Shown here: positions 38,234 to 48,998 of the stretch, in pieces
How positions within the stretch are numbered: position 1 is the stretch's first letter
Layout: each line of letters starts with the position of its first letter
The notes under the pieces: model-generated
The model's input: only the letters and a program-made list of their open reading frames with translations
What the model was told of the DNA's origin: nothing
The model's database searches: none
Made by a program: the position numbers and the translations under genes
Source of the DNA: Candidatus Poribacteria bacterium
GTDB lineage: Bacteria > Poribacteria > WGA-4E > WGA-3G
Length of the DNA stretch: 64,000 nt
Direction of reading: 5' to 3'
Assembly (NCBI GenBank): GCA_963663765.2
Contig: CAXXUA010000013.1
Location: 416,001 to 480,000 of the forward strand

Positions 38234-38644
38234 TTATGGTCTGCTTGCAACTTTGATGCGATTTTGTGCGCGGGTGAGTGCAGCTTCAACTTGTGGTTGG
38301 TTCAGGTCAGGAGTGTCTGCGGAGAGTTGTTGTTTGGCGCGTTCAAGTGTACTTTCGGCACGTTCAACGTCAATATCCGATGCCCATTCAGCAGTTTCAA
38401 TTAATGCGGTGACACCGGTACGTAGTACTTCAAAGACCCCACCACTTGTTGCGATGGAACGTGGTGAGTCGGATGATTCGTTGACGCGGATTTCACCGAC
38501 AGCTAATGCTGTGAGGAAAGGAATGTGTCCTGCCAGTATCTGGAAGTTGCCTTCCACCCCGGGGGCGTTTACACTGACGACATCGCCTTCATAAATCAGT
38601 TTTTCTGGTGTGCGTATTTCAAGGTGAAAACTTCTGTTTTGCAT
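38234..38644 (-). CDS. atpC: F1 ATP synthase epsilon subunit
   Basis: TPE..PGVEG.F.IL.GH.P, SGG..EV, IDVERA..RAQNRI. Confidence 0.96.
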   Translation of the reverse strand: MQNRSFHLEIRTPEKLIYEGDVVSVNAPGVEGNFQILAGHIPFLTALAVGEIRVNESSDSPRSIATSGGVFEVLRTGVTALIETAEWASDIDVERAESTLERAKQQLSADTPDLNQPQVEAALTRAQNRIKVASRP

Positions 38645-38736
38645 ATTTTCGTTCTATTTATAATAAAATCTGTAATTATTGACGCAACATTAATAGAGCG
38701 CTTTCAAAGCACGTCTACAAGAGATCTAATCTACGA

Positions 38737-40158
<1,422 letters not shown>

Positions 40159-40215
40159 TTATTTTGAGCAGTATTGATTTACAATCGCGCTGCAGACGAA
40201 TTGCGATTTGAGATT

Positions 40216-41094
40216 TTATCCTTCTAGTGCGGCTGCGCCACTGACTATTTCTGCGATTTCTGTTGTAATCTGTGTTTGACGTGCTCTGTTACGTTGTAAG
40301 ATTAATTCGTCAATGAGTTCTTTTGCCTTTTGTGTGGCGTTTTCCATTGCTGCCATGCGTGCTGCTTGTTCCGCAGCGTTTGAATCTAAGAGCACCTTCC
40401 ACATTTGCATGTTCAGATGTTTACCGAGAAGCATTTCAAAGAGTTCTACCTGTCCCGGTTCATAGATATAGTCTAAGAAAAGCGTATCACCTTCTGGTTC
40501 AATCGGTTTTAATGGCAGAAGCTGTTCAATTAGCACCGTTTGAAGGATAGCAGATTTGAAGTCGTTAAAGATCACCTCAACTTTGTCAACGATTTTGTCT
40601 GTGTAGAGGTGTTCAAACTCATGGACAACGTCAACAGCAATTTGGAATTCAAGTTGACGGAAGATATTGATATACGAATCGGTGATGTCGTATCCACGTC
40701 TACTAAAGTGTTCTTGTGTGCGTCTACCGATGCAGATAAGCGTCACGTCTGCTCCGCTGTCTTGGTAATGTTGTATCTGTTGAGTGGTTGTGCGGATGAC
40801 GTTGCTGTTGAAGCTGCCACATAACCCACGATCACCAGAAACGGAAATAATACAGACATGCTTTACTTCGCGTTCTTCAAGAAGTGGGTGGGTTATTGCT
40901 TCTTGTTCAATGTCCATCTGTGAGATTAGATGTCCGAGGATAGCGTTGAGTTTGTCGGCGTAAGGTCGCGTCGCCATGATATTTTCTTGAGCGCGGCGGA
41001 GTCTTGCTGCTGCAACAACACGCATAGCGTCAGTAACTTGTTCAATGTTTTTAATGCTTGTGATACGTCGCCGAATTTCTCGTAACGTTGCCAT
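40216..41094 (-). CDS. atpG: F1 ATP synthase gamma subunit
   Basis: DRGLCGSFN, EQAARMAAM, NRARQTQITTEI. Confidence 0.97.
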   Translation of the reverse strand: MATLREIRRRITSIKNIEQVTDAMRVVAAARLRRAQENIMATRPYADKLNAILGHLISQMDIEQEAITHPLLEEREVKHVCIISVSGDRGLCGSFNSNVIRTTTQQIQHYQDSGADVTLICIGRRTQEHFSRRGYDITDSYINIFRQLEFQIAVDVVHEFEHLYTDKIVDKVEVIFNDFKSAILQTVLIEQLLPLKPIEPEGDTLFLDYIYEPGQVELFEMLLGKHLNMQMWKVLLDSNAAEQAARMAAMENATQKAKELIDELILQRNRARQTQITTEIAEIVSGAAALEG

Positions 41095-41096
41095 GA

Positions 41097-42734
41097 CTAT
41101 TCACCTTCTGTTAGTGTATCCTCTGTTTCTTCTGTAGCAGTTTCTTCTGTTGTTAATTCCTCTTGCGAAGTTTCTTCCACTGACACTTGTTCAGTTTGCG
41201 GTTGCTGTGCGGGTGTATCACTCCAATTTTCCTTAAATGCTTTGACAGCAGCGTGTAGTGCCTCAAGCGATTCGTCCTGGAGCAGTCCGGTTTCTGCGAT
41301 TTCAGAGAGGAGTTCTGCATGATTTCTGTCAAGGTATTGCAGGAATTCAGATTCAAACCGTGCAACTTCCGATTCAGGTACATCGTCTAAATATCCGTTT
41401 GTACCACAGAAGATAGAAGCGACTTCTCGTTCAACAGGCATCGGTTCGTATTGTGGCTGTTTCAGTAATTCCACAAGACGAGTGCCGCGTAGGAGCTGAG
41501 ATTGTGTTGAGGCATCCAGGTCCGAACCGAACTGTGCAAAAGCTGCGACTTCTCTGAAACTTGCGAGGTCAAGTTTTAGAGTGCCTGCAACCTCGTCCGA
41601 TTTCATGGCTTTTACCTGAGCGTCACCACCGACACGTGAAACGGATGTACCGACATCAATTGCGGGTCTCACACCTTGGTTAAATAGGTCAGTCGTTAAA
41701 TATATTTGTCCATCGGTGATAGAGATAACGTTTGTTGGGATGTAAGTTGTCAAGTCGCCTTCAAATATTTCAATAATCGGCAATGCGGTAAGTGAACCGC
41801 CACCCAGATCGTCACTGAGTTTTGCAGCACGTTCTAACAAACGTGAGTGTAGGTAGAACACATCACCGGGATATGCTTCACGACCCGGTGGTCTGCGTGA
41901 GAGCAGTGACATCTGCCGATAAGCCCATGCGTGTTTCGTTAGGTCATCATAGATGATGAGTGCGTGTTTGCCGTTATCTCGGTAGTATTCTGCCATTGAT
42001 GTGCCAGAATAAGGAGCAAGGTATTGAAGTGGTGATGGCGCGCTTGCGGGTGAGGACACGATGGTTGTATATTCCAATGCGTTGTGTTCGCGAAGGGTGC
42101 TCGCTACCTGTGCTAACGTAGACCCTTTTTGTCCGATAGCGACATAGATGCAGTAGACATCAGTGTTTCTTTGACTCAGAATAGCATCTATTGCGATTGC
42201 GGTTTTGCCTGTTCTGCGGTCACCGATAATGAGTTCCCGTTGTCCTCTACCGATTGGCGTTAAGCTGTCAATAGCTTTTAGTCCAGTGTAAAGCGGTTCG
42301 TTTACTGGCTGTCGTTGAACGATGCCTAACCCTTTTTGTTCTACGGGGAGTGTGTGTTCAGTTTCAATGTCTCCCAAGCCATCAATGGGATTTCCAAGTG
42401 CGTCCACGATACGTCCGAGTAGAGCATCACCGACAGGAACTTCTGCCAGTCTCCCTGTGCGTTTAACGGTATCGCCTTCATGTATAAGTTGGTCTTCACC
42501 GAACAGCACACAACCTACGTTGTCTTCTTCAAGGTTAAAAGCGATGCCGTAAATATCGTTTGGGAATTCGATCATTTCGCTTGCCATTGCGTTTGCAAGC
42601 CCATGCACCCGTGCGATTCCATCGCCAACTTCCAGCACAGTACCAGAGTCGTAGACATCTACGTCTTGTTCAAACTGTTGGAGTTGTTGTTTTAGTATAT
42701 TCGATATTTCGTCTGGTCGGACTTCTCTTGCCAT
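41097..42734 (-). CDS. atpA: F1 ATP synthase alpha subunit (acidic C-terminal tail)
   Basis: [39 protein letters not shown]. Confidence 0.98.
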   Translation of the reverse strand: MAREVRPDEISNILKQQLQQFEQDVDVYDSGTVLEVGDGIARVHGLANAMASEMIEFPNDIYGIAFNLEEDNVGCVLFGEDQLIHEGDTVKRTGRLAEVPVGDALLGRIVDALGNPIDGLGDIETEHTLPVEQKGLGIVQRQPVNEPLYTGLKAIDSLTPIGRGQRELIIGDRRTGKTAIAIDAILSQRNTDVYCIYVAIGQKGSTLAQVASTLREHNALEYTTIVSSPASAPSPLQYLAPYSGTSMAEYYRDNGKHALIIYDDLTKHAWAYRQMSLLSRRPPGREAYPGDVFYLHSRLLERAAKLSDDLGGGSLTALPIIEIFEGDLTTYIPTNVISITDGQIYLTTDLFNQGVRPAIDVGTSVSRVGGDAQVKAMKSDEVAGTLKLDLASFREVAAFAQFGSDLDASTQSQLLRGTRLVELLKQPQYEPMPVEREVASIFCGTNGYLDDVPESEVARFESEFLQYLDRNHAELLSEIAETGLLQDESLEALHAAVKAFKENWSDTPAQQPQTEQVSVEETSQEELTTEETATEETEDTLTEGE

Positions 42735-42821
42735 ATTCTCATTCCTCTATTGGGTCTGAATTGATTATCTTTATATGAAAAACGATCGAATTTCGTTGTA
42801 ATATTTTTAAAATAAATGATT

Positions 42822-43247
42822 TTATTTATCCAATAATTTAATAATTTTTGCTACTCCTATACAAATTGTACCAGGAACGATGAACAGCATTGATAAACCG
42901 AATGTAACTACAAGTAGAAAACCTGAATTAAAAATAGGAATGTCTTCATTAATAATATTTACAAACATGAATACTCCAATCATAAATCCAAATATTACTG
43001 TTATTATGCCGATAATGTAATATCCATGTCCCGGTTTTCCACTTTCAATACCATTTCTGATGTATTCGTTAGTTATAGTAAGTGGGTCCTCAGTTGAAGC
43101 ATCTTCATTGGATTGCAGAGTATCTATAGTTTGCTTGTCTTCCTCACTTGGAACATAGTCATCATTACCAGGTTCTAGAGTAACATCACCGATCTTTATA
43201 GGTTGGGGTTCATCTCTTGAATCATCAGCATTATCATCGTTTTGCAT
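42822..43247 (-). CDS. Hypothetical acidic 2-TM membrane protein inserted in the atp operon
   Basis: Acidic N-terminus and two C-terminal TM helices; visibly more AT-rich than the atp genes. Confidence 0.7.
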   Translation of the reverse strand: MQNDDNADDSRDEPQPIKIGDVTLEPGNDDYVPSEEDKQTIDTLQSNEDASTEDPLTITNEYIRNGIESGKPGHGYYIIGIITVIFGFMIGVFMFVNIINEDIPIFNSGFLLVVTFGLSMLFIVPGTICIGVAKIIKLLDK

Positions 43248-43269
43248 AATTGTATTCTCTTAAATTAAG

Positions 43270-43764
43270 TTAGAATGTGTTGATGACTTCTAATAACTTC
43301 GTAACAGAATCCTTACCAAAAATAGATACCTTTTTGATAATTTTTTTCATTGAAGGATCTGCCATCATGTCTGCTATTACCCTTTTATATTCACTGTCTC
43401 TTTTTGCTGAGTCACTTATTGAATCAATTTCCTCTAACCTATTTTCCCAATTTTGTGTTTTCGACTTTAAACGAAAGATATCATATCTTGTTAATCTTGT
43501 ATCAAAATCAAAGAGATTTACAAGGATATTCACCTCAGAGCTGGTATCATTTACATTAATTTCTGAAAACTTCAAGGAATCTATACAAAAATACCAAAGA
43601 GCAAAGGCAGTAAACCCAATTATTCAGGACTTACGCACCCAACGGTAAGCGCGCTGGGAACCGAAAAAATGCTGAAAATTACACCATTTTCGTCATAATA
43701 CTTCATCAAATCATGAAAACTGCGTAAGTCCTGATATTAAGACAATAACGTGTTTTATATTCAT
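43270..43764 (-). pseudogene. N-terminally anchored hypothetical protein interrupted by a MITE
   Basis: Removing 43625-43733 plus one 5-bp duplication restores MNIKHVIVLIIGFTAFALWYFCIDSLKFSEINV.. in frame with ORF 43270-43575. Confidence 0.8.
43625..43733. mobile_element. 109-bp MITE with TIR CAGGACTTACGCA
   Basis: Perfect 13-bp TIR; TTATT/ATATT target duplication. The same end occurs at ~7026-7038, 32809 and ~34289-34301. Confidence 0.85.
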
Positions 43765-43778
43765 AGTATCATGTTTTC

Positions 43779-44321
43779 TTAATTGCCTTTTGCGAGTTGT
43801 CGTTTTAGGCGTTGGAGTTGCGTTGCGACACTTGCATCAAAAACGGTGTCACCTAACTGTACAACGAATCCACCTTGTATCTGTTTGTCTGTTTCGGTTT
43901 CCAACCGCACCTGTTTGCCTGAATATGCACTTAATTGTAGTATGAGTCGTTGTGTTTGGTCTTGTGAGATCGGCACAGCTGTCGTAACTTTTGCGACAAT
44001 CCTTCCGGCTGCTTCATCAACAATTGTAAAAAATACATCCATAATTGCACTAAGGTAACGTTCACGTTGTTTTTGTGCAAGGAGTTTTAAGAAATTTATC
44101 GTCAAAGTGTGCAAGCCTTCTGTGAATAGTTGTTGAAACAGGTCGCTTTTTAATTGAGGGGATAGCAGCGGGGAGTTAATAAACTCGCTGAATTCCTCAG
44201 ACTGTTCAGGCAACGCTTTCAGTGTTACCATGTCAGCCGCGATAGCAGGCAGTACATGCTGTTCTTTAGCTGCTTCGTATAATGCGCGAGCATAAGGTTT
44301 TGCGACTCGTATGTCTTTCAT
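43779..44321 (-). CDS. atpH: F1 ATP synthase delta subunit
   Basis: AKPYARALY, NFLKLL, GGFVVQLGDTVFDASV. Confidence 0.95.
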   Translation of the reverse strand: MKDIRVAKPYARALYEAAKEQHVLPAIAADMVTLKALPEQSEEFSEFINSPLLSPQLKSDLFQQLFTEGLHTLTINFLKLLAQKQRERYLSAIMDVFFTIVDEAAGRIVAKVTTAVPISQDQTQRLILQLSAYSGKQVRLETETDKQIQGGFVVQLGDTVFDASVATQLQRLKRQLAKGN

Positions 44322-44366
44322 AGTTCGTTCTTCCCATAAAAAATGTTTTCAGTAAAAAGATATGAA

Positions 44367-44957
44367 CTACTGCTGCGAACCGTTTGACAACCTACTTATG
44401 GATGTATCAATGATATTCTGGTGTCTTTCTGGTGTTAATTCTGCGCTGATGATTTTGCTTGCGGCATCAATAGCGAGTTCAGCAACAACGCCTCTTAGTT
44501 CAGAGATAGCCTCATCTTTTTCACGTTGGATTTCTGCACGTGCTCTTGCTACTTCATCTTCAGCATCTTGTCGCGCTTGTGCAACGATTTGCTGCCGTTC
44601 TGTGTTTCCTTGTTCAATAGCGGCTTGGATTTTGGTTTGTGCTTCGTTTTCAATATCGCCTAATCTTTGGCGAGTTTCTGCGGTGAGTCTGTCTAATTCT
44701 TCGCGGTCGGTTTTGAGTTGTTCTAACTGATTATTGATATCAGAACGACGTTCCTCTAATAGTCCACCGACTTTACCGAAAACAGTCTTCCACAGTATTG
44801 CGATAACAATCAGAAATCCCAATGCTTGAACGAGGAGCGTTTTTGGGTCAATACCAAGATCAGACAGAAGTCCACCACCTGAGGGTGCATCGGCAGCGAA
44901 TACACTGGTAAGACAAGTTGCCATTAGAATGAAACAACATGCGGTTATTTTCTTCAT
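44367..44957 (-). CDS. atpF: Fo ATP synthase b subunit (signal-like N-terminal extension)
   Basis: TM QALGFLIVIAILWK, LEERR..I, long coiled coil, LAIDAASKII. Confidence 0.93.
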   Translation of the reverse strand: MKKITACCFILMATCLTSVFAADAPSGGGLLSDLGIDPKTLLVQALGFLIVIAILWKTVFGKVGGLLEERRSDINNQLEQLKTDREELDRLTAETRQRLGDIENEAQTKIQAAIEQGNTERQQIVAQARQDAEDEVARARAEIQREKDEAISELRGVVAELAIDAASKIISAELTPERHQNIIDTSISRLSNGSQQ

Positions 44958-45046
44958 AAACGGTCTCTGTTTTGTATGCCTACTGCGCGCAATCTATAAA
45001 TTTGGTATTGGAAAACAGCGCGCAATTTGCTGAAATACCTCAAGTT

Positions 45047-45079
45047 GTTGGGGCAATTTTACTGTTGTGATGCCCCAAC
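45047..45079. promoter_or_regulatory. Stem-loop between atpE and atpF
   Basis: GTTGGGGCA / TGCCCCAAC; position fits an atpE mRNA stabiliser or attenuator (inference). Confidence 0.4.
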
Positions 45080-45099
45080 TCGGTAGAGGTCTGAGTTTA

Positions 45100-45447
45100 T
45101 TATTGATCGTCTGCCTGTCCTTCTATTTCAACAATTGCACCGTGGTCGCTGGGTGCTTGTCTGGCAGCTTCTATTGCATCTTTCACTGTAATTGTGTTTT
45201 CTTTAACATCAACACCGGGGAGTTTTGGAAGCAAAAGAAAGAACATCAGCAACGAATAGATTACGAGTGATTCAATGAGAGCTAAACCGATAATCATTGC
45301 AGTTTGAATTTTCGCTGCTGACTCAGGTTGACGTGCGATTCCTTCAAGTGCGGTACTTGTTGCGGCACCTTGTGCCCTTGAGGCAAAAATGACAGCGATT
45401 GGCAAACCCAAAGTTACACCAAAAGCTAACACTGCTAAGTAAATCAT
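45100..45447 (-). CDS. atpE: Fo ATP synthase c subunit with ~40-aa C-terminal extension
   Basis: AGGAGG RBS before ATG 45447; ARQPE loop; LIESLVIY. Confidence 0.95.
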   Translation of the reverse strand: MIYLAVLAFGVTLGLPIAVIFASRAQGAATSTALEGIARQPESAAKIQTAMIIGLALIESLVIYSLLMFFLLLPKLPGVDVKENTITVKDAIEAARQAPSDHGAIVEIEGQADDQ

Positions 45448-45501
45448 AGAATGTCCTCCTTGGACAGAAATCGGCAAGTATTTTCTTGCCACATGTAAGA
45501 T

Positions 45502-46386
45502 TTAATGATGCGCTTCATGCGCGTCGTCAGAATGTTCAATAAATAGCACTATATATATAGTGGTTAATAGGGTAAAAACAAACGCTTGTAGAAGACCTCC
45601 GAACATCGCAAAAAATACCATCGGTACCTGCACGGGTATTGGTAGAAAAAAGGAACCAACAGATATAGCTCCAAGCAATGTAAGTTGAATTACGACAGAT
45701 TTTTCACCGAAAATATTCCCAAATAATCGTATAGCGAGAGAACCTGCGCGTGATAATTGCCCTACCACCTCAATTGGGAACATAAGAAAACCTAACCAGA
45801 GCGGATTCCCAATAAGATGCTTGAGATATCCGACAAACCCATTCTCTTTGATAGCGATAATTTGAACACCAACCACTGCAGTTATCCCAAGTGAGAGCGT
45901 TGTATTTAGATCTGCTGTTGGGGCTTGGAAACCGGGAATGAGACCGATATAGTTTAGGGAGAGAATGATAATGAAAAATGAACCAACGAAAGGAAGATAT
46001 TTTTTGCCGTGGTCCCCAAGAACCCCCCCAAAGAAATCCATTATGGTACCAACAAACAACTCCAATAGAGTCTGACCGTTTCCTTCAGGAATTCGTTTGA
46101 GTTTTCGGGTTACTAAAATGAAGAAAATGATTAAGAATAGAACTACAAAGTATGTATTAGGAATAAGGTCTGGTTGATGCCATCTACCAGATTCTGGGAA
46201 AATATTATCTGGTAATAACTGTGAGATAGGAGAGAACCAAGAACGGTAACCGTAATGATGGATGGTGGCTTTACCATGGTCATCGGAATGGGATTCGGGT
46301 GAGGATACGTCCTCAGCTGCGAATGTCACTGTCCCTATAATGAGACAGAGTCCAACAACCATACAAATAAACGATATTTTTTTCAT
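45502..46386 (-). CDS. atpB: Fo ATP synthase a subunit
   Basis: PTADLN, SLAIRLFGNI, LQAFVFTLLT.IYI. Confidence 0.96.
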   Translation of the reverse strand: MKKISFICMVVGLCLIIGTVTFAAEDVSSPESHSDDHGKATIHHYGYRSWFSPISQLLPDNIFPESGRWHQPDLIPNTYFVVLFLIIFFILVTRKLKRIPEGNGQTLLELFVGTIMDFFGGVLGDHGKKYLPFVGSFFIIILSLNYIGLIPGFQAPTADLNTTLSLGITAVVGVQIIAIKENGFVGYLKHLIGNPLWLGFLMFPIEVVGQLSRAGSLAIRLFGNIFGEKSVVIQLTLLGAISVGSFFLPIPVQVPMVFFAMFGGLLQAFVFTLLTTIYIVLFIEHSDDAHEAHH

Positions 46387-46395
46387 GTTATATTG

Positions 46396-47112
46396 TTAAC
46401 TTCTCTTATGTGAGTGATTTAAAGTAGTATTTGTGCATTCTCCAGATATTGATAACTTTAGTTGATTATCATGACCATCCACTTCAACCTCAGAACAGTC
46501 TTTTTCAGTCCCTCCTGCTTTACGTAAATCCAAAGCAAGTTTCTCAAGTTGACATGCAACTACTTCAGGATCCACTTCTAATCCTTGAAGAATGAGTTGG
46601 TAAGTGAGATCTTCCCAGTTTTGGCATCTTGCCCACGCACGTTTACAAATTGCAAGCCAAATATCAAATGGAAGGGGAAGCAATAAAGGATGAGGCTTAT
46701 CAAAACGGATACCCGCCGAAACACTAAGTGCCTCCCTTATTGACTTATTTTCCTTAAGAACAAGATTGACGACATTTCCACTTTCTGCTGCCGTAAAACT
46801 TTCTGTCTCTATAATCGCTATAGCTAATAACCATTGATCTTTTTCGTTCTCAAGCTTAAGAATTTGCTCACCTTGCCCAATATCGATCTGTCCTTCGTCA
46901 ATTTTCCACCGAATGCCTGCTGGCAATTGAAAGAAACGATGTCTAACACTCCAGAATTTGTCTGACCTACCAAACTCTTGTGCAATTGAGGCATAAGTGC
47001 CGAATGTTTCATATAAGATATCCACGGCCTGACCGATTTCCGATGGTTTCCTTTCTATATGGGTACTCAAGATTTCTCTCGCGTTTTTTTCATCCATCAG
47101 TATATTGTTCAC
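46396..47112 (-). CDS. ParB-like HTH + RHH-like protein lacking the CTPase domain
   Basis: PSEIGQAV..L...GTYASIAQEFGRS....RFFQLP..IR..I.EG.I parallels the ParB central domain; C-terminal LLLPLP-helix-helix; GTGA overlap with the upstream gene. Confidence 0.65.
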   Translation of the reverse strand: MNNILMDEKNAREILSTHIERKPSEIGQAVDILYETFGTYASIAQEFGRSDKFWSVRHRFFQLPAGIRWKIDEGQIDIGQGEQILKLENEKDQWLLAIAIIETESFTAAESGNVVNLVLKENKSIREALSVSAGIRFDKPHPLLLPLPFDIWLAICKRAWARCQNWEDLTYQLILQGLEVDPEVVACQLEKLALDLRKAGGTEKDCSEVEVDGHDNQLKLSISGECTNTTLNHSHKRS

Positions 47113-47957
47113 CTCTTCAGAGTCTCTCCTACCATATGACCTATTATTTCCGCTTCACTCTCTAATCCTCTTTCCTGACCCCATGTAAGTAAATCGTCGT
47201 ACAATTCCATTGGAATAGCATATTCAACAATACGCTTGGCCTCCTTGTTTCTTTTTACTACCTCGGAAGTCAGATCAGCAATAGAGGATTCATGACCCAA
47301 CTTTTGCAATGCTCCAACCGCATGGTCTCGATCACCCCTATCAAGACTAAGAAGCCATGAAGCTCGTTCATCCATTGCTTCTTGGGACTCTTTAAAACGA
47401 TTTGCATCATAAGTATTGCGTACAAGTGGGTCTACTAATTTTTGCGGAAATATTCCCTGGTCTACCATCTCTTTTACAGATTCAGGTAAAACAACTAAGC
47501 GATAATATCCCATGACAGTGTTGACTGTTACACCAAGATACTTCGAAGCGAGTCCAAGCGCCTCGTTTGCAGTATGACCAGACCCACTGTAACGTTTGAA
47601 GATTTTTTCTGTCCAGTATGCCTTGTCGCTAGGAGCAAGATCTCCACGTATCTCATTTTCGAGCCATGATCTTTGAATTGCCTCGTCGTCATCCAATTCA
47701 AGAATAAAAGCTGGGATTTCTTTCAAATCAATTGCTAAACATGCCTTTAATCTGCATTGCCCTGTAACATTCTCATAGTCATATTCAGACTTAGAGTCGG
47801 GGTGGGGTCGAACGATAATCGGTTGATCTGGCCAATAACCATGTTCCTGGATAGAAACTTTCACTTTCTCAACATTTTCTTCCACACCCTGCCGGCGTAC
47901 ATTGATCGTGCTATTCGGATCTATACGTTTTACGTCAATTATCTGAACTGTATTCAT
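47109..47957 (-). CDS. ParB/Srx-family protein (ParB N domain + HTH + RHH-like tail)
   Basis: NVR..SIQEHG..QPIIVRP..YENVTGQCRLKA..IPA..SWLENEIRGDL, then an HTH (LGVT..TV..Y.RL..LP). Confidence 0.85.
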   Translation of the reverse strand: MNTVQIIDVKRIDPNSTINVRRQGVEENVEKVKVSIQEHGYWPDQPIIVRPHPDSKSEYDYENVTGQCRLKACLAIDLKEIPAFILELDDDEAIQRSWLENEIRGDLAPSDKAYWTEKIFKRYSGSGHTANEALGLASKYLGVTVNTVMGYYRLVVLPESVKEMVDQGIFPQKLVDPLVRNTYDANRFKESQEAMDERASWLLSLDRGDRDHAVGALQKLGHESSIADLTSEVVKRNKEAKRIVEYAIPMELYDDLLTWGQERGLESEAEIIGHMVGETLKR

Positions 47958-48118
47958 TATTACTCCTTAGATAAAGGTTCAACGAATATCCGTTATATTT
48001 GGTGTTCCAACGCTTTCTTCTTATAAAACAAAAGTCAAACACATACTAAACTTTAGAAACAGGCTCCCAATATTAGGTTTACTTCCTGAATTTATGAAAG
48101 TAAATTTGGTTAGGTTTT

Positions 48119-48526
48119 TTAAGGTTGGTCAGGATCCTTTTTTCTAAGTATTGTTATCATTAGACCGACCGCTTTGAGAATAATTGCCCCCTGTACTAAG
48201 ACAATCCCACCTGCAAACGCTTCAACTACCATCCAGTCCATTCTAAATAAGAAAAAGAGAAGTAGACCGAGTACAGTGTATTTTCCAAGAGCTACGAAGC
48301 CGAGTAAGTACTTTGTTTTTTGCGTTTTACCTGGACGTAACATCCTACGGATTACGAATTCAATAGACCAGAACAGACTCAGACCGATGACACTACCGAT
48401 TAGAAAACTGGGGAGTGTAGCACGTTTGTAGATGAACAAAACTAGCCCGATTCCAACGGCAAGTGAAATTGTTACAATATAAATTTGTCGGATAAACCGG
48501 TCACCAAATTCAAGTGTAGGACCCAT
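48119..48526 (-). CDS. atpI: ATP synthase I protein
   Basis: Four TM helices; position upstream of atpB. Confidence 0.8.
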   Translation of the reverse strand: MGPTLEFGDRFIRQIYIVTISLAVGIGLVLFIYKRATLPSFLIGSVIGLSLFWSIEFVIRRMLRPGKTQKTKYLLGFVALGKYTVLGLLLFFLFRMDWMVVEAFAGGIVLVQGAIILKAVGLMITILRKKDPDQP

Positions 48527-48581
48527 TTGCTCAGGTCACTCCTTTGTTGAAAAATTAGTGTGATTCCAGGATACGTATGTT

Positions 48582-48875
48582 TTATTCTCCTTCATTGTCT
48601 TTTGCTTGTTTTGCAGTGTCACGTTGTTGTTTTTCCATGCGTTCCATTTTCCGGTTCCAACGTGCGACTGATCGAAACATCTGTGTGAATCCAGCGGTGA
48701 CTCCAACTGCAAACCCAATGTATGATCCAATGTCTTCGCTGCCTAATTGCCCTCCAATCCATTTTCCCCCGAAGTAACCAATAACAATAGCGAGAGCAAG
48801 CGTAATTCCAATGGAAGCGAGGTCAAACATGCCTATATTTTCATGTTTGAATTGATCTAACCGTCGTTTAAACAT
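48582..48875 (-). CDS. AtpZ/AtpI family (ATPase gene 1) protein
   Basis: SIG..LA..I.IGYFGGKW....G....GF..G..AGF; first gene of the operon. Confidence 0.85.
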   Translation of the reverse strand: MFKRRLDQFKHENIGMFDLASIGITLALAIVIGYFGGKWIGGQLGSEDIGSYIGFAVGVTAGFTQMFRSVARWNRKMERMEKQQRDTAKQAKDNEGE

Positions 48876-48998
48876 ATCGGGTGCTCCCTCAAAATGAAAA
48901 CGGTGTCAGAACTTATCACCTCTTTAAGCAACGGTATAAATTATACTACAAGATTTGCGTTAATGCAAAATATTTGAAACAATTTCTTTACTAAAATT

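Noticed and set aside
31506-38380. atpC-tail copies as DGR template/variable repeats, or as integron attC sites
   Set aside because: Mismatches are not adenine-specific and no reverse transcriptase is present; there is no attC-like palindrome with GTTRRRY boxes and no integron integrase.
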